Positions 1-10,904 are shown, counted from the first letter of the stretch. The stretch is DNA of 64,000 bases from an uncultured Thalassospiraceae bacterium (GCA_965368165.1 CBDULT010000003.1:133474-197473); one strand, 5' to 3'. Translations and numbers: made by a program. Notes: generated by a model from the letters alone, not told the origin.

Positions 1-1046
1 CCGTTGATTGGTGCCGAGAGGTGTTGCCTAAAGGCAAGGCGAGAGTTTTGGTGGTTAATTCGGGTAATGCCAATGCTTTCACCGGACGGGAAGGGACCAA
101 CTCCGTCACCCGGACGGCTAAAGCGGCCTCAAAAGTGTTCGGCTGTGCTGAGTCAGAGGTTTATCTCGCCTCTACGGGTGTTATCGGTGAAGTGTTGCCT
201 GACAATGTCATTACCAATGTCTTGCCCGCTTTGAAGACGGAACTTGATGGCGACAAGTGGCAGACTGCGGCTGAAGCCATTATGACGACGGATACCTTCC
301 CCAAAGGTGCCACAGCCAAGGCTATGATCGGTGACACTGAGGTCACCCTTTGCGGCATGGTCAAAGGTTCTGGCATGATTGCCCCTAATATGGGAACCAT
401 GCTGGCTTTTTTGTTTACCGATGCCAAGCTTCCGGCCTCTGTATTGCAAAAGCTCCTTGCTCAATCCTGCGACAAATCTTTCAACTGTGTCACTGTTGAT
501 AGCGATACCTCGACCAGCGATACCGCCTTGCTTTTTGCCACGGGAAAAGCTGGAAATAAAAAGATATCTAAGGCCAGTGATCCAAGCTTGAAACCCTTCA
601 AAAAGGCTCTTCGTACCCTTATGGTCGATCTCGCCAAGCAATTGGCAAAAGACGGCGAAGGTGCAGAAAAATTTATCACTATTAAAGTAACGGGCGCGGC
701 GACTTCTAAGGCCGCCAGAGTAATCGCTCTCTCTATCGCCAATTCCCCACTGGTAAAAACCGCCATCGCTGGAGAAGATGCCAACTGGGGCCGGATTGTC
801 ATGGCTGTCGGCAAAGCTGGCGAAAAAGCCAACCGCGACAAAATCGCCATCCAAATCGGCGGTGTCCAGGTTTCAGAATACGGCCAGGCCGTCGAAGGCT
901 ACGACGAAACCCCCATAGCGGAACATATGAAGGGCCGGGATATCTCTGTTGAGGTAGATGTGGGGGTTGGCAAAAGTAAGGCGACAGTCTGGACTTGTGA
1001 CTTGACCCATCGCTATATTGACATCAATGCGGACTATCGGACTTAG
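1..1046 (+). CDS. argJ: Glutamate N-acetyltransferase / amino-acid acetyltransferase ArgJ, 5' end cut by window edge
   Basis: The reading frame of ORF 21..1046 stays open back to nt 3. VVNSGNANAFTG and KGSGMIAPNMGTMLAFLFTDA (autoproteolytic Thr site context) are ArgJ family hallmarks. Confidence 0.9.
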   Translation, partial: VDWCREVLPKGKARVLVVNSGNANAFTGREGTNSVTRTAKAASKVFGCAESEVYLASTGVIGEVLPDNVITNVLPALKTELDGDKWQTAAEAIMTTDTFPKGATAKAMIGDTEVTLCGMVKGSGMIAPNMGTMLAFLFTDAKLPASVLQKLLAQSCDKSFNCVTVDSDTSTSDTALLFATGKAGNKKISKASDPSLKPFKKALRTLMVDLAKQLAKDGEGAEKFITIKVTGAATSKAARVIALSIANSPLVKTAIAGEDANWGRIVMAVGKAGEKANRDKIAIQIGGVQVSEYGQAVEGYDETPIAEHMKGRDISVEVDVGVGKSKATVWTCDLTHRYIDINADYRT

Positions 1047-1165
1047 GAGGATGGCGGTCTTGCTGTCAGTAACCAGTATCCAAAAAGAATTTTTTTCTGG
1101 TATTTCTTTTCCTTTCCCGTCATTTTTGAATGTGAATTCTGCCTAAACCATTTGAGAAGCAGCTT

Positions 1166-1675
1166 TTGATTAGCCTAGAGAAAATTAAAGAACATTCAGA
1201 GCATGTGTCGATCCTTAAATTCTCTGAGTATGTCATCAGTAAATTGGGAGGCAATAAGTACCCCATCATGAAAAACCTCGACCTGATGGATATTCCAGGC
1301 TTGGTTAATTGTATATGGAAGGTTGCCTATAGTGAAGGTTCTGATACGGAATTGAGAATGGTATTTTCTGGGTCTGAAATGGATCGTTTCTGGAAATTTA
1401 ATGCTTCCAAAGTGGGGTCGGTAGAAAATCTTTATAAAGATAAAGACTGTGCTGAGGTTATGCCTAATTTCTATAAGGAATCTCTTCAGAAAGGCAAGGT
1501 CGCTTATTCTAAACGTGTGGCAAATTTGGCCGATGCTCACGGAACGCGAACGGCCTGTATTGAGGCGATTTTCTTTCCTTGTTCTTCTGATGGTGCCAAG
1601 GTCAATTCAGGGATTGGCTATGTGGATTATTTTACAAAAACAAAAATTGAGAAAAACATCTTTTTGCTTTTGTAA
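1166..1675 (+). CDS. Hypothetical protein, resembles short stand-alone PAS-fold proteins of Alphaproteobacteria
   Basis: 169-aa ORF with TTG start and no signal peptide. The pattern LDLMDIPGLV...ELRMVFSGSEMDRFWKFN recalls the PAS_5/DUF1457-type family; this is from memory only. Confidence 0.45.
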   Translation: MISLEKIKEHSEHVSILKFSEYVISKLGGNKYPIMKNLDLMDIPGLVNCIWKVAYSEGSDTELRMVFSGSEMDRFWKFNASKVGSVENLYKDKDCAEVMPNFYKESLQKGKVAYSKRVANLADAHGTRTACIEAIFFPCSSDGAKVNSGIGYVDYFTKTKIEKNIFLLL

Positions 1676-1790
1676 ATCGCATAGCCGGATATACCCTAAA
1701 TAATTTGCACAAGACCCCTCTTATCCTTTAGTTGAAAAACCTCCTACGCCACCCATATAAAAGAGGCAAGTTCTTTTCAGGAGATTATCA

Positions 1791-2189
1791 ATGGCGCGGT
1801 TCATTGTGTCTGTAACCTGTTTGTTGATTGTGGCTTTTTCCAGCCTTGTGTCCGTGCGCGCCCAACCAGTCCCGACCCATGATCACAACAATAATACGCC
1901 GCCCTATGGGCAGGTAGCAATAGTGTCCCCCTCACATTTTGTTGTTGAAGACCCGCCGGGGAAGATGTGGGAACCCGTGGATGTCTTAATTGTTGATCCG
2001 TCGCCCCTTGTTGATAAGGAGCCAGAGTGGGTTGACCCGGCGATCACTGAGGGGGAACCACCTTGGGAGTTGCATAATCTCTCCCTGCTTTATTTGGTCC
2101 ATAAAATATCTTCTGTGGAATATGCTTATGCTGTCGCTAAAATTTTGGATGTTAAGCCAGGATCGGTGGTTACGGTTGGAGGTCAATAG
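1791..2189 (+). CDS. Secreted hypothetical protein
   Basis: Clear signal peptide (MARFIVSVTCLLIVAFSSLVSVRA-QP). The mature part is Pro/Glu-rich with no recognisable domain. Confidence 0.45.
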   Translation: MARFIVSVTCLLIVAFSSLVSVRAQPVPTHDHNNNTPPYGQVAIVSPSHFVVEDPPGKMWEPVDVLIVDPSPLVDKEPEWVDPAITEGEPPWELHNLSLLYLVHKISSVEYAYAVAKILDVKPGSVVTVGGQ

Positions 2190-2249
2190 CGAACGTCGCC
2201 TTTATCAGGATAAATGCATATGGAACGATGGTTGATAAAGGAGTGGGGG

Positions 2250-3083
2250 TCATGGTTTTTCCCAATTGAAGGGTGGTAACGACCCTAAAAGTGATTGTGT
2301 ATATTCGTGGCGGGGGTTAGTGAGGAGCTGGGAGGCTGGGGCATATTCCATAGATTTTCCCTGCTTCATGACCAGAATATGATCCGCAACCTCGGAGACC
2401 ACAGCAAGGTCGTGGCTGATAAAGAGGATTGCTGTCTGACGTTTCTCCTGCATATCTAGTAACAGATCAAGGATTTGGGCTTGGATGGTGACATCAAGGG
2501 CGGTTGTGGGTTCATCGGCGATAAGCAAAGCTGGATTGCAGGCTAAAGCCATGGCGATCATGGCGCGTTGCTTCATGCCACCTGACATTTGATGAGGATA
2601 ATCTTTAGCCCGTTTTTCGGGGTCAGGAATACCAACCACCCCTAAAAGGCTTATGGCTTCTTTCCAGGCTTCGTGACCGAGCATTTCTTCATGGATACGA
2701 AGAGCTTCGGCTATTTGGTCGCCAATTTTAAAAACGGGGTTAAAGGAGGTAGAGGGGTCCTGAAAAATCATTGAGACTTGCTTGCCTCTGATTTTCTGCA
2801 TTTCTTTTTGTGGCAGGGAGAGGGGCTTGATGCCTTGGAGAGTGATTTCTCCTGCAGTTATCCTTCCAGGAGGAGGGATAAGGCGCATGAGGGAAAGAGC
2901 CGTCATGGATTTTCCGCACCCACTTTCTCCAACCAGCCCCAAAGTCTCACCCGGCGCAATGCGAAAAGATAAATCAGTGACGGGGGTAACGTCTCCTTCC
3001 TGTGTTGGGAAAGCGACTGTTAAGTTCTTAACCGAGAGAGTTGGTTCAAGTGATGACAAGTTCCATGCCGTCTTTTGCTGCAA
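2250..3083 (-). CDS. ABC transporter ATP-binding protein, DppD/OppD-like
   Basis: Walker A GESGCGKS, signature MSGGMKQR, Walker [14 protein letters not shown]-loop ISHDL. Confidence 0.85.
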   Translation of the reverse strand: MQQKTAWNLSSLEPTLSVKNLTVAFPTQEGDVTPVTDLSFRIAPGETLGLVGESGCGKSMTALSLMRLIPPPGRITAGEITLQGIKPLSLPQKEMQKIRGKQVSMIFQDPSTSFNPVFKIGDQIAEALRIHEEMLGHEAWKEAISLLGVVGIPDPEKRAKDYPHQMSGGMKQRAMIAMALACNPALLIADEPTTALDVTIQAQILDLLLDMQEKRQTAILFISHDLAVVSEVADHILVMKQGKSMEYAPASQLLTNPRHEYTQSLLGSLPPFNWEKP

Positions 3084-3870
3084 TTATACCGTCCCAAGCG
3101 GACTGAGCCTCTTTCACCATCTTATCAACTGTATCGTCGTCATAATCAGGAGAATAGTGGAACATAACCATTTTCTTGGCCCCAGCTTTTTGGCATAACT
3201 TCATGCCTTCCTGCCAAGTTGAATGACCCCACCCTTTTTTTGAGGGCCATTCTTCTTCGGTGAAAGTGGTGTCGTAGATAACCATATCGGCATCTTTGAT
3301 CAGCTCAAGAATTCTTGGGTTATGACTGCCTTCAACATGTTCGGTGTCGGTGACATAACAAAGTGATTTTCCATTATACTCAATGCGGTATCCGGTAGAT
3401 CCTCCGGGATGATTAAGGGGGGTGGTTTGGACACGGATGTCTAGGTTGACGTAAAATTTCTTTCCCGCAATAAAATCTTCACAGACAAAATTAGAGCCCA
3501 ACTGGTCATATTGTATAGGGTGAACCTCTTCTCTCATATGCTCGTAAATAGCCTGTTTCATCCAATCATCTCCCCGGAGGTGCCCGGCGAGCATATTGAT
3601 CGAATGTCCTGGAATATAAATCGGCTTGAAATAGTTAATTCCAGCCAGATGGTCTGTATGAACATGGCTCATGAGGATGTAGATTTCTTTGATCCCTTGA
3701 CGTAGGAATTCATCGCCGAGGTTCCTGAGGCCAGTACCTGCGTCGAGGACAAGGTGAGTATCCCCCATAGTCAATTGAATACAGGAAGTATTCCCCCCAT
3801 ATTTGAAATAAGTAGGATCAGGGCAAGCAATATTCCCCCTTACTCCCCAGAATTTCATTTGGATAGACAT
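3046..3870 (-). CDS. MBL-fold metallo-hydrolase
   Basis: HxHxDH motif (SHVHTDHLAG) plus downstream His/Asp ligands (LNHPGG, VTDTEH, FHYSPD). The 3' end overlaps the start of the ABC ATPase gene by 38 nt. Confidence 0.8.
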   Translation of the reverse strand: MSIQMKFWGVRGNIACPDPTYFKYGGNTSCIQLTMGDTHLVLDAGTGLRNLGDEFLRQGIKEIYILMSHVHTDHLAGINYFKPIYIPGHSINMLAGHLRGDDWMKQAIYEHMREEVHPIQYDQLGSNFVCEDFIAGKKFYVNLDIRVQTTPLNHPGGSTGYRIEYNGKSLCYVTDTEHVEGSHNPRILELIKDADMVIYDTTFTEEEWPSKKGWGHSTWQEGMKLCQKAGAKKMVMFHYSPDYDDDTVDKMVKEAQSAWDGIIAAKDGMELVIT

Positions 3871-4121
3871 TGTTCTTAGTAACTCTCCCCATTAAGTCCG
3901 TCCTGAAATCATTATATTTTTTTAGTTTAAACGCAACAGGATTGGACTTAGACGATCTTGTAGTCTAACTTTAGAGCAAGTAGTTTGGTAAACAAACAAA
4001 AACAACCTTAAACACAAAATAGTCCTTTTGAGGGGAAGCAATGATATCTGGGTATCTTCAAGATATTCATATATTTGTGCGCGAGAATTGATTAACGGGA
4101 ATTAACTTAGGATTTAGCTTC

Positions 4122-4925
4122 GTGGATTTTGGTACTCTCTCAGGGATGATAATCGGTGTAACCGTTGTTACCTTGGCGATCCTTGCCGGATCAGATATTT
4201 CAATTTTTTTCAACCTTCCAGGGCTTTTGATTGTTCTCGGCGGAACCTTTGCCGCTACGCTGATAAAGTTCCCAATTAATGCCGTTTTTGTCGCTATGCC
4301 TGTTGGCTTCAAGGCTGCCTTTGCTAATGAGAAAGAAGAGCCTCGAGACTATATTCGCACCGCTCTTCAACTGAGCAAGCTGGCGCGTAAAAGCGGGTTA
4401 CATGCAGTTGAGAATAACAAAATTAAAAACGCCTTTTTTAAAAAAGGTGTGCAGATGTGTGCCGATGGACGTGACCTGGTCTATATTCGCAAAATTCTGA
4501 CCCAGGACATGGCTCTCTCCATTAAACGCCAAGAAGTTGGCTCTAAAGTATTTGAGGCGGTCGGTGATTCTGCTCCAGCATTTGGCATGTTCGGTACCTT
4601 GGTGGGCTTGGTGCAAATGCTGTCAAATATGAGCGACCCTAAAACGATTGGCCCTGCCATGGCGGTGGCCCTGTTAACCACTCTCTATGGGGTGTTGTTT
4701 GCCAACCTTTTGGCTTTGCCGATTGCGGATAAACTGATGGAAAAAAGTGCTCAAGACAAAAGCTTGCGCTCTTTAATTATTGAGTGTGTTTTCCAAATAC
4801 AGCAAAAACAAAACCCAACAACCATGATTGAAATTCTTGAAGCTCACTTGCCTGAAAAGCAGCGTCGCCAAGGGGCTGATGATTCATATACGGATGGCTC
4901 TGGCAAAAAGAAAAGTAGCCGCTGA
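4122..4925 (+). CDS. motA: Flagellar-type stator protein MotA/PomA family
   Basis: GTG start and four TM helices. C-terminal MotA/TolQ/ExbB channel signature GPAMAVALLTTLYGVLFANLLALPIADKL. Confidence 0.8.
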   Translation: MDFGTLSGMIIGVTVVTLAILAGSDISIFFNLPGLLIVLGGTFAATLIKFPINAVFVAMPVGFKAAFANEKEEPRDYIRTALQLSKLARKSGLHAVENNKIKNAFFKKGVQMCADGRDLVYIRKILTQDMALSIKRQEVGSKVFEAVGDSAPAFGMFGTLVGLVQMLSNMSDPKTIGPAMAVALLTTLYGVLFANLLALPIADKLMEKSAQDKSLRSLIIECVFQIQQKQNPTTMIEILEAHLPEKQRRQGADDSYTDGSGKKKSSR

Positions 4926-4927
4926 TT

Positions 4928-5695
4928 ATGTCAACTGAACTCCAAGAAACCCTTGAAGCACAACTCAGAGCCGCGAAGAGAGGCGGGGCGCCTCGGTGGA
5001 TGGTGACCTTCGCTGATCTGATGTCGTTGCTTTTTGCTCTTTTTGTTTTGCTGGTTTCCTTTGCCAATTTCGACGAACGAAAATTTGCCGAGAGCTCGGG
5101 CCCCATGCGGGAAGCCTTTAATGTGGCTGGTAATGTCAAAGATAAACCAAACATGAAATCCACCAGCATTTTGATTGGCAGGCCAACTCCCATTGATGTG
5201 GCTGCGGAACGTCGTGAAATGGTTTTGGAACGTTTGGATGCCGGGCTAATTGAAGAAATCGCTAAAAAAATGGTGACCATTGAAGAACGTGATAACGGTG
5301 TCCTCATTCGGTTCCCAAATGCCACAGCCTTTGGCTCAGGTGGGGCAGAGCTTTCTGAAGTTGCTTACACCGCACTTGAAAAGGTGATTAATATTCTTGT
5401 TTCAGGAAGTGAAATGATCTTGGTTTCCGGTCATACGGATGACATCCCCATTTCTAATGAGATATATCGTTCCAACTGGGATTTGTCCTCTGCGCGGGCT
5501 TCTTCCGTTGTGCATTACTTCCTTAGTCGCGGTATCGATAAAAAACGCATTACCTCTCAAGGCTTTGCCGACTCACGCCCCCTTGTTGAAAATGATAGCC
5601 GAGATAACAGAGCGACCAATCGCCGGGTTGAGATATTGATAGAAATTCCCGACGTAAAAGAGAAAAAGTACAAATCATTATTAAGTAGACCCTAA
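4928..5695 (+). CDS. motB: Stator protein MotB (OmpA-like C-terminal domain)
   Basis: Starts 3 nt after the motA stop. N-terminal TM helix carries the conserved Asp (WMVTFADLMSLLFALF). C-terminal OmpA-like peptidoglycan-binding domain (SSARASSV...NRRVEI). Confidence 0.85.
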   Translation: MSTELQETLEAQLRAAKRGGAPRWMVTFADLMSLLFALFVLLVSFANFDERKFAESSGPMREAFNVAGNVKDKPNMKSTSILIGRPTPIDVAAERREMVLERLDAGLIEEIAKKMVTIEERDNGVLIRFPNATAFGSGGAELSEVAYTALEKVINILVSGSEMILVSGHTDDIPISNEIYRSNWDLSSARASSVVHYFLSRGIDKKRITSQGFADSRPLVENDSRDNRATNRRVEILIEIPDVKEKKYKSLLSRP

Positions 5696-6553
5696 TTATC
5701 TTCGCAACCCGATCAGCGAATGAATGGTCAAGGTAACCAAGATGATTGTGCCGCCGATCATGGTTTGAGGGCTTGGCACTTCACCAACCCCCAGCCAAAC
5801 CCAAAGAGGGCCAAGGGCCATTTCCAGAATCAGGATTAAGCTGACTTCTGCCGCAGGGAGAAACTTCGGACCATAGGTGATGAGGCCCATGGAGAGGGGC
5901 AAGACAAAGACTCCAAGAAGAAAAATATAGTAAGGGTCATTGCCTGAGATGCTCGACGGGTCACCTAAAAATAAAGCAAAGAGACCAGAACTCATGGAGC
6001 CAATCCCCACCGCTAAGATCGTATTGATACTTTGGTCGTGACGAAAACAAATAAGGGCTGCTGCCATAGAACAGGCCGTAAAAGCCGCCGCTATATCACC
6101 AAATAACCCCACGCCTTGAAGGCTCCCGGCGAAGATAACCATAATCCCGCCAAAACCAATGATGATGGCAATCCAGGTGTTTAAGGGGAGACGTTCTTTG
6201 ATCAGAAAATAGCCAAGGATGGCTGAAAACAGAGGCAGAGCACCCAAGATAACCAGGGTATTAGCGGCTGATGTGTTGGTTATGGAGACCAGGAAAAAGA
6301 CATTGTTGAGGCCAAATAAAAAGGCCGCGAACCATCCTAATTTACTCATGGTCTTTAAATCGTTTAGTCCTTTTTTAAAGTCTGTCCCAAAGACAAAAAG
6401 GACCAAGGCCAGCCCCATTAAAGTGCCCCGCCAAAAAAGCAAACTCCAAACTTCGGCTTCAATAAGTCGGATGAGAAGGGCGTCAGGGGAAAGAATGAAA
6501 ACGCCAATAGCCGTTAAGGTAAGCCCCTTGGCGTGGTCGGAACGAAATGTCAT
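5696..6553 (-). CDS. EamA/DMT family transporter
   Basis: About 10 TM helices in two repeated halves, typical of drug/metabolite transporters. Confidence 0.8.
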   Translation of the reverse strand: MTFRSDHAKGLTLTAIGVFILSPDALLIRLIEAEVWSLLFWRGTLMGLALVLFVFGTDFKKGLNDLKTMSKLGWFAAFLFGLNNVFFLVSITNTSAANTLVILGALPLFSAILGYFLIKERLPLNTWIAIIIGFGGIMVIFAGSLQGVGLFGDIAAAFTACSMAAALICFRHDQSINTILAVGIGSMSSGLFALFLGDPSSISGNDPYYIFLLGVFVLPLSMGLITYGPKFLPAAEVSLILILEMALGPLWVWLGVGEVPSPQTMIGGTIILVTLTIHSLIGLRR

Positions 6554-6571
6554 GGGTGTTTTTGTTCTTTG

Positions 6572-8242
6572 CTATTTATTGCGATGCCAGTTTTCGACCC
6601 ACAGAGTGGTGGGGCCTTGGTGTCCTGTGGGCTTAACTCCCTTTAACCACTTTGGCAAGATGAATGGGTTAGCGCGGAAATAAAGCGGGATGACCGGGAG
6701 CTCTTCCAGATAAATTTCCTGAACCCGCCGCCATAGTTTTTTGCGCTTCTCCCGATTGAGCTCAATCTCAATATCATCAACAAGTTGGTCCATTTCTTCA
6801 TTGACGAAACCGGGATAGTTCTGGCCCGAAAAATTATTGCCCCGATTAGGGATATAGGCTGAATGAAGGGTGGTGCGGGGGGCGTTTTCAGGCGAACTGA
6901 TCCAGGCATACATAGCCAGACCTGAGTATTTTCGTTCCGTCACTGTTTCCCCAAAAAAGACCCGGGCGGGTTGGTTTTTTATGCGGATATCAAAGCCAAT
7001 GTTTTTCAACTGGCTTTGAATGACCTGTTCAACCAGTTCCCGGCTTTTATTGCCCGCTGTGGTCATCAATTCGATGCGCAAAGGCTCTCCCTTAGAATTA
7101 TGGCGAATGCCTTTGCGAACCTTTTTCCAGCCCGCTTCATTAAGGAGTTTTAAAGCTGTTTGGGGATCGTAACTATAAGAGGGTAAATCTTTGGCGATGA
7201 CCCAATCTAAAGGACTTACCATGGTTTGTGCCACCGGCTGGCGTCCGGCAAAGAGGCGGTCACTGATAGCTTGGCGATTAAGACCAAGGATAAGGGCTTT
7301 CCGCACGCGCTTATCGGCCAAGATTGGATTGTCGAGATTAACATCCATATGCTCGTAAATAAGCCCAGCTTTGTAGCTGATATCAAATCTTTTGCTGTGG
7401 CGTTTTTCTAGGGCTACAGCCTGATCTAAGCTTAGGCCTAATTCTCCCGCAATCATATCAATGGAGCCGGAGAGAAGGTTGGCTTCAAGGGCAGCCGTAT
7501 TCTCGACCACCTTGACAACAATGCGTTTAAACGAGGGCTTTTTCCCCCACCATTTGGGGTTTTGCACCAAGATAACATGGGACCCACGAACGACTTTATC
7601 AATCAGATAGGGGCCGAAATAGAGCCCTTCGTTGGTGGTGTCGGTGTCGAAAGTTGTCCGGTTGCGATATTCCTGTGCTCCGGCTTCAAACTTAACCCGA
7701 TCCAAATGGGCTGGGAGCAAATCAAAGTCATTTATAGCATTGTATTCATAGGTTAATTTATCAAAATGCAAGGTGAAAGTTTTGTCGTTTTTGACATCTA
7801 TTTTATAGAGACTACGGTAAAGCTCCATATTGCCGACACCACTTTTCTTATGGCGTCCAACCTCCCAGGTGAATTTTACATCTTCAGTGGTGACCGCTTT
7901 ACCATCCCCCCAAGTGGCTTTGGGATGGATGGAATAGGTGATGGCAATGCCTTGTTTTCCTTTGGGTGTTTTTTCAGGAACAGCTAGTCCGTTTTCGATG
8001 GTGGGGAGCTTGGTACAGAGCAGGCAGATTAGCTTCCAGTTATGATCGTAAGCCGTGAAGGGGCGCCGGGTCATGCCGAGGATATACGATTTAGCCATCA
8101 TTGAATCGATGGTTGGGTGGAAGCTTGAGGGAAACTGGGTGATGCCGATAGTCAATTCATCTTTGGTGGCCTTGGCGGTGTTGGCAAAAAAGGCAGAGAA
8201 TAAAAGGACGAAACAAACACTGAGTTTCCCTATTTTATGCAT
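6572..8242 (-). CDS. ABC transporter substrate-binding protein, family 5 (peptide/nickel type)
   Basis: Signal peptide and a 556-aa length. SBP_bac_5-like sequence throughout (LTIGITQFPSSFHP..., YRANPFILPKWLKGV). Confidence 0.85.
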   Translation of the reverse strand: MHKIGKLSVCFVLLFSAFFANTAKATKDELTIGITQFPSSFHPTIDSMMAKSYILGMTRRPFTAYDHNWKLICLLCTKLPTIENGLAVPEKTPKGKQGIAITYSIHPKATWGDGKAVTTEDVKFTWEVGRHKKSGVGNMELYRSLYKIDVKNDKTFTLHFDKLTYEYNAINDFDLLPAHLDRVKFEAGAQEYRNRTTFDTDTTNEGLYFGPYLIDKVVRGSHVILVQNPKWWGKKPSFKRIVVKVVENTAALEANLLSGSIDMIAGELGLSLDQAVALEKRHSKRFDISYKAGLIYEHMDVNLDNPILADKRVRKALILGLNRQAISDRLFAGRQPVAQTMVSPLDWVIAKDLPSYSYDPQTALKLLNEAGWKKVRKGIRHNSKGEPLRIELMTTAGNKSRELVEQVIQSQLKNIGFDIRIKNQPARVFFGETVTERKYSGLAMYAWISSPENAPRTTLHSAYIPNRGNNFSGQNYPGFVNEEMDQLVDDIEIELNREKRKKLWRRVQEIYLEELPVIPLYFRANPFILPKWLKGVKPTGHQGPTTLWVENWHRNK

Positions 8243-10529
8243 TATCTAAAACCTGTCTTAAGTGAGTTGCTAACTCGATTTTATTGTAGGGTTTGTTGAG
8301 TAAGTTTGCCGCGAGGGTAGATAGAAATCTGTCATTTTGATTGATTTTTTCTTCACGATTGTTTGTGAAACCACTGGTCAATAGAACCCGGATTTCGGGA
8401 TATTTATCATGAACAGCTTTGGCCAGTTGATAGCCGTCGATACCACCAGGCATAATAATATCGCTAAAGATGAGGTCGATGGTTGCGGTTTGTTCGAGAA
8501 TTTGAAGGGCTTCTCTCCCATCATATGCTGTAAGAACCTTATAGCCTAAATCATGCAGATGAGAGAAAGCCACGTCGGCAAGGGCTCTTTCGTCGTCGAC
8601 CACTAAAATTGTTTCATTTCCACGGGGAGGATCAAGTTGGGAGTTGGTTGTTTTTTCCTGCTCAATTTCACGGTTGTTTGCTCTAGGGATATAAAGGCGG
8701 AAAGTTGTCCCTTTTCCAATTTCTGAATATATTTTGATATGCCCGCCGGAGCGTTGAACGAAACCATAGACCATACTAAGGCCTAAGCCTGTGCCTTTAC
8801 TTTCTTCTTTGGTGGTGAAAAAGGGCTCGAAGACTTTTTCTTTTACTTCCTTGGGCATGCCTATGCCGGTATCGCTGACGGATATCATTACAAAGTCACC
8901 GGCTTTCCCAGATTCGTTCCTTATGGCATAGTTAGCATCTAAAGTTTTATTGGCAGTTTCTATGACCAGTGTCCCTCCATCGGGCATGGCGTCGCGTGCG
9001 TTGAGGGATAGATTGAGGATGGCATCTTCTAAATCGCCCGTGTCTATATTCACGGTCCAAAGGTCATTAGCAAGATGGGTGTCTACTTTTATAGAAACCG
9101 TAAGGGACCGTGAAATAAGTTCTTCCATGTTTTGGATGAATTCATTTATAGAGGTAAGTTTACGCCCATGGGCCTCTTGGCGGGAAAACCCAAGGAGTTT
9201 TTCAGTCAGTTTTGCTGCACGTATCGTGCCGTTATGTGCTTTTTCGAGGCGCTCAAGGGCGTCGGCGTTATCGGGTATTTTACGTTTGAGGAGTTCAAGG
9301 TTCCCTTGGACAATCCCAAGAATATTATTGAAGTCGTGGGCAATTCCCCCGGTCAAATGGCCTAGAGCCTCAAGCTTTTGCGACTGCCGCAGCTTGGCAT
9401 CTGTTTTTTCTCTCTCTGTTAGGTCTCTGAACTCAGTGATCCGGAGCACTCTCCCTTTAAACGGAACACTTCGCCCTTGAACTTCCAAGGGGAATTTACG
9501 GCCATCTTTTCGTTGCCCTATGACGCTGTAAACACCGTCAAACCCTCGAGAAATATTGTCGCGAACAATACCTTGAGACTCTTCCGCAATAAGTTCCAGC
9601 CCTTGATGAGCTCTGAGTTCTTCGACTGTGTAACCAAACAGTTGTATGAGGGCATTATTGGCATCGATGAAGTGCCCGTTTTCATGGAACCCTATTGCTG
9701 TCGGGAAAAACTCTTGTAAAGAGCGGAAGCGGTCTTCGCTTTCCGTTAAAGCCCCTGCCGTATCTTTCAGTTGGTTTTCGACATTCTTGTATTCAGTGAT
9801 GTCGAGATCAACGCCACGATAGCCCGCAAAACTGCCTGATGACGTGAAAATGGGGACCCCACTGGAAATCATAATTATTTGACGACCATCTTTATGGATA
9901 TTGGTATTTTCAAGACGACTAAATGGTTGTCTTGCTTCGATGATTGGGGTGATGAGATGTTCTATTCTCGCCGCTTCTTCTGGAGACATGAAGTCAAAGG
10001 GGTTTTTACCGATAATTTCTTCGGCCTTATAGCCCAGCATTTCTCCATAGGCAGAGCTTGTATAGGTATATTGCATGTTTTCATCGACTTCCCACACCCA
10101 CTCCATAGAACAGTCAACAATATCACGAAAACGTTTCTCACTGTGCTTTAGAGCTTCTTCTGTTTTTTTACGCTCGGTTATGTCATGGAAGATGGAGACA
10201 AATTGCCCTTTGCTGGGGCTATAAGCGGTTATACTAAAGTGCTTTTGGACAGAGACAGCATAACTTTCAAATTCAGCCGGCACCCCCTCAAGGGCGACCT
10301 TACCGAATATTTCAATCCAATGAGATTTGATTTCGGGATAAATATCTAAAACGGTTTTCCCAACCATACTTTCTTTTCCAAAACCAAAAATTTTTTCGAA
10401 AGCAGGATTGGTTTCCAGGAAGCGAAAATTAATTGGTGTGCCGGATTCATTGCAAATGATCTCATGCAGCGCAAAGCCGCTGGGCATTTTCTTTAAAAGG
10501 GATTGATATTGTTGTTCTTTCATTGCCAC
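8235..10529 (-). CDS. Hybrid sensor histidine kinase with multiple PAS domains and C-terminal receiver
   Basis: Three PAS-like segments, H-box [14 protein letters not shown], HATPase G-box [12 protein letters not shown] domain (ILVVDDE...FSDIIMPG). The 3' end overlaps the SBP gene start by 8 nt. Confidence 0.9.
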   Translation of the reverse strand: MAMKEQQYQSLLKKMPSGFALHEIICNESGTPINFRFLETNPAFEKIFGFGKESMVGKTVLDIYPEIKSHWIEIFGKVALEGVPAEFESYAVSVQKHFSITAYSPSKGQFVSIFHDITERKKTEEALKHSEKRFRDIVDCSMEWVWEVDENMQYTYTSSAYGEMLGYKAEEIIGKNPFDFMSPEEAARIEHLITPIIEARQPFSRLENTNIHKDGRQIIMISSGVPIFTSSGSFAGYRGVDLDITEYKNVENQLKDTAGALTESEDRFRSLQEFFPTAIGFHENGHFIDANNALIQLFGYTVEELRAHQGLELIAEESQGIVRDNISRGFDGVYSVIGQRKDGRKFPLEVQGRSVPFKGRVLRITEFRDLTEREKTDAKLRQSQKLEALGHLTGGIAHDFNNILGIVQGNLELLKRKIPDNADALERLEKAHNGTIRAAKLTEKLLGFSRQEAHGRKLTSINEFIQNMEELISRSLTVSIKVDTHLANDLWTVNIDTGDLEDAILNLSLNARDAMPDGGTLVIETANKTLDANYAIRNESGKAGDFVMISVSDTGIGMPKEVKEKVFEPFFTTKEESKGTGLGLSMVYGFVQRSGGHIKIYSEIGKGTTFRLYIPRANNREIEQEKTTNSQLDPPRGNETILVVDDERALADVAFSHLHDLGYKVLTAYDGREALQILEQTATIDLIFSDIIMPGGIDGYQLAKAVHDKYPEIRVLLTSGFTNNREEKINQNDRFLSTLAANLLNKPYNKIELATHLRQVLDNA

Positions 10530-10649
10530 CCCATGGTCCCCAAGACATTAGGCCTAGTTTAGCGAGAAATTCTTACTGCGTCATTAAAAAGGGTGCTACC
10601 TGGGGGGGGAAGGCAGCACCCTTTTGCGGGGAGGGAGAGGGGGGGACCT

Positions 10650-10904
10650 TTAGGCTGGAGAGGGAGGAATGCCTTCTAGATCATCTTTTTTCGCCATATA
10701 TTCATCGCGATCAATTTCACCCTGGACATAGCGGGTTTCCAACAGGGTCATTGCTTCTGACTTTCGGATACCACAACGATGCTGCTTCCCTTTTTTGAAA
10801 AACCGAACCAGCATAAAGATAGCCGCGATGGTTAAGAGGACGAATATGACATGCCCAAACCCGTGCATGAAAGAATGAGGCCCCATCCCATATTCGTAGT
10901 ACAT
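10650..10904 (-). CDS. SHOCT-domain membrane protein with His/Met-rich N-terminus
   Basis: N-terminus MGPHSFMHGFGH, one TM helix, C-terminal SHOCT-like LLETRYVQGEIDRDEYMAKKDDL. Confidence 0.6.
   Translation of the reverse strand: MYYEYGMGPHSFMHGFGHVIFVLLTIAAIFMLVRFFKKGKQHRCGIRKSEAMTLLETRYVQGEIDRDEYMAKKDDLEGIPPSPA

Noticed and set aside
153-854. Long antisense and alternative-frame ORFs inside argJ. The same occurs inside many other genes, e.g. 12712-13095, 26704-27219, 54269-55255 and 57750-58508.
   Set aside because: They overlap strongly supported genes on the opposite strand or in another frame. Their products are low-complexity or Arg/Ser/Pro-rich, with no motifs and no start context, so they are typical shadow ORFs.
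2250-3870. ABC ATPase + MBL hydrolase (plus phnA at 36903) as a C-P lyase phosphonate cluster (PhnK/PhnP-like).
   Set aside because: No phnGHIJLM genes are present, phnA is 33 kb away and mechanistically unrelated, and the similarity is only at the superfamily level.
3929-3965. Possible sigma-28 flagellar promoter (TAAA ... GACGAT) upstream of motA.
   Set aside because: The spacer is about 19 nt instead of about 15, and the -10 element matches GCCGATAA poorly. That is not enough to call.
4122-5695. The MotA/MotB pair as a Zorya-type anti-phage system.
   Set aside because: The MotA-like protein is an ordinary 267-aa four-TM stator subunit without the long ZorA tail. No ZorC/ZorD-like genes are adjacent, so it reads as an orphan or auxiliary stator pair.
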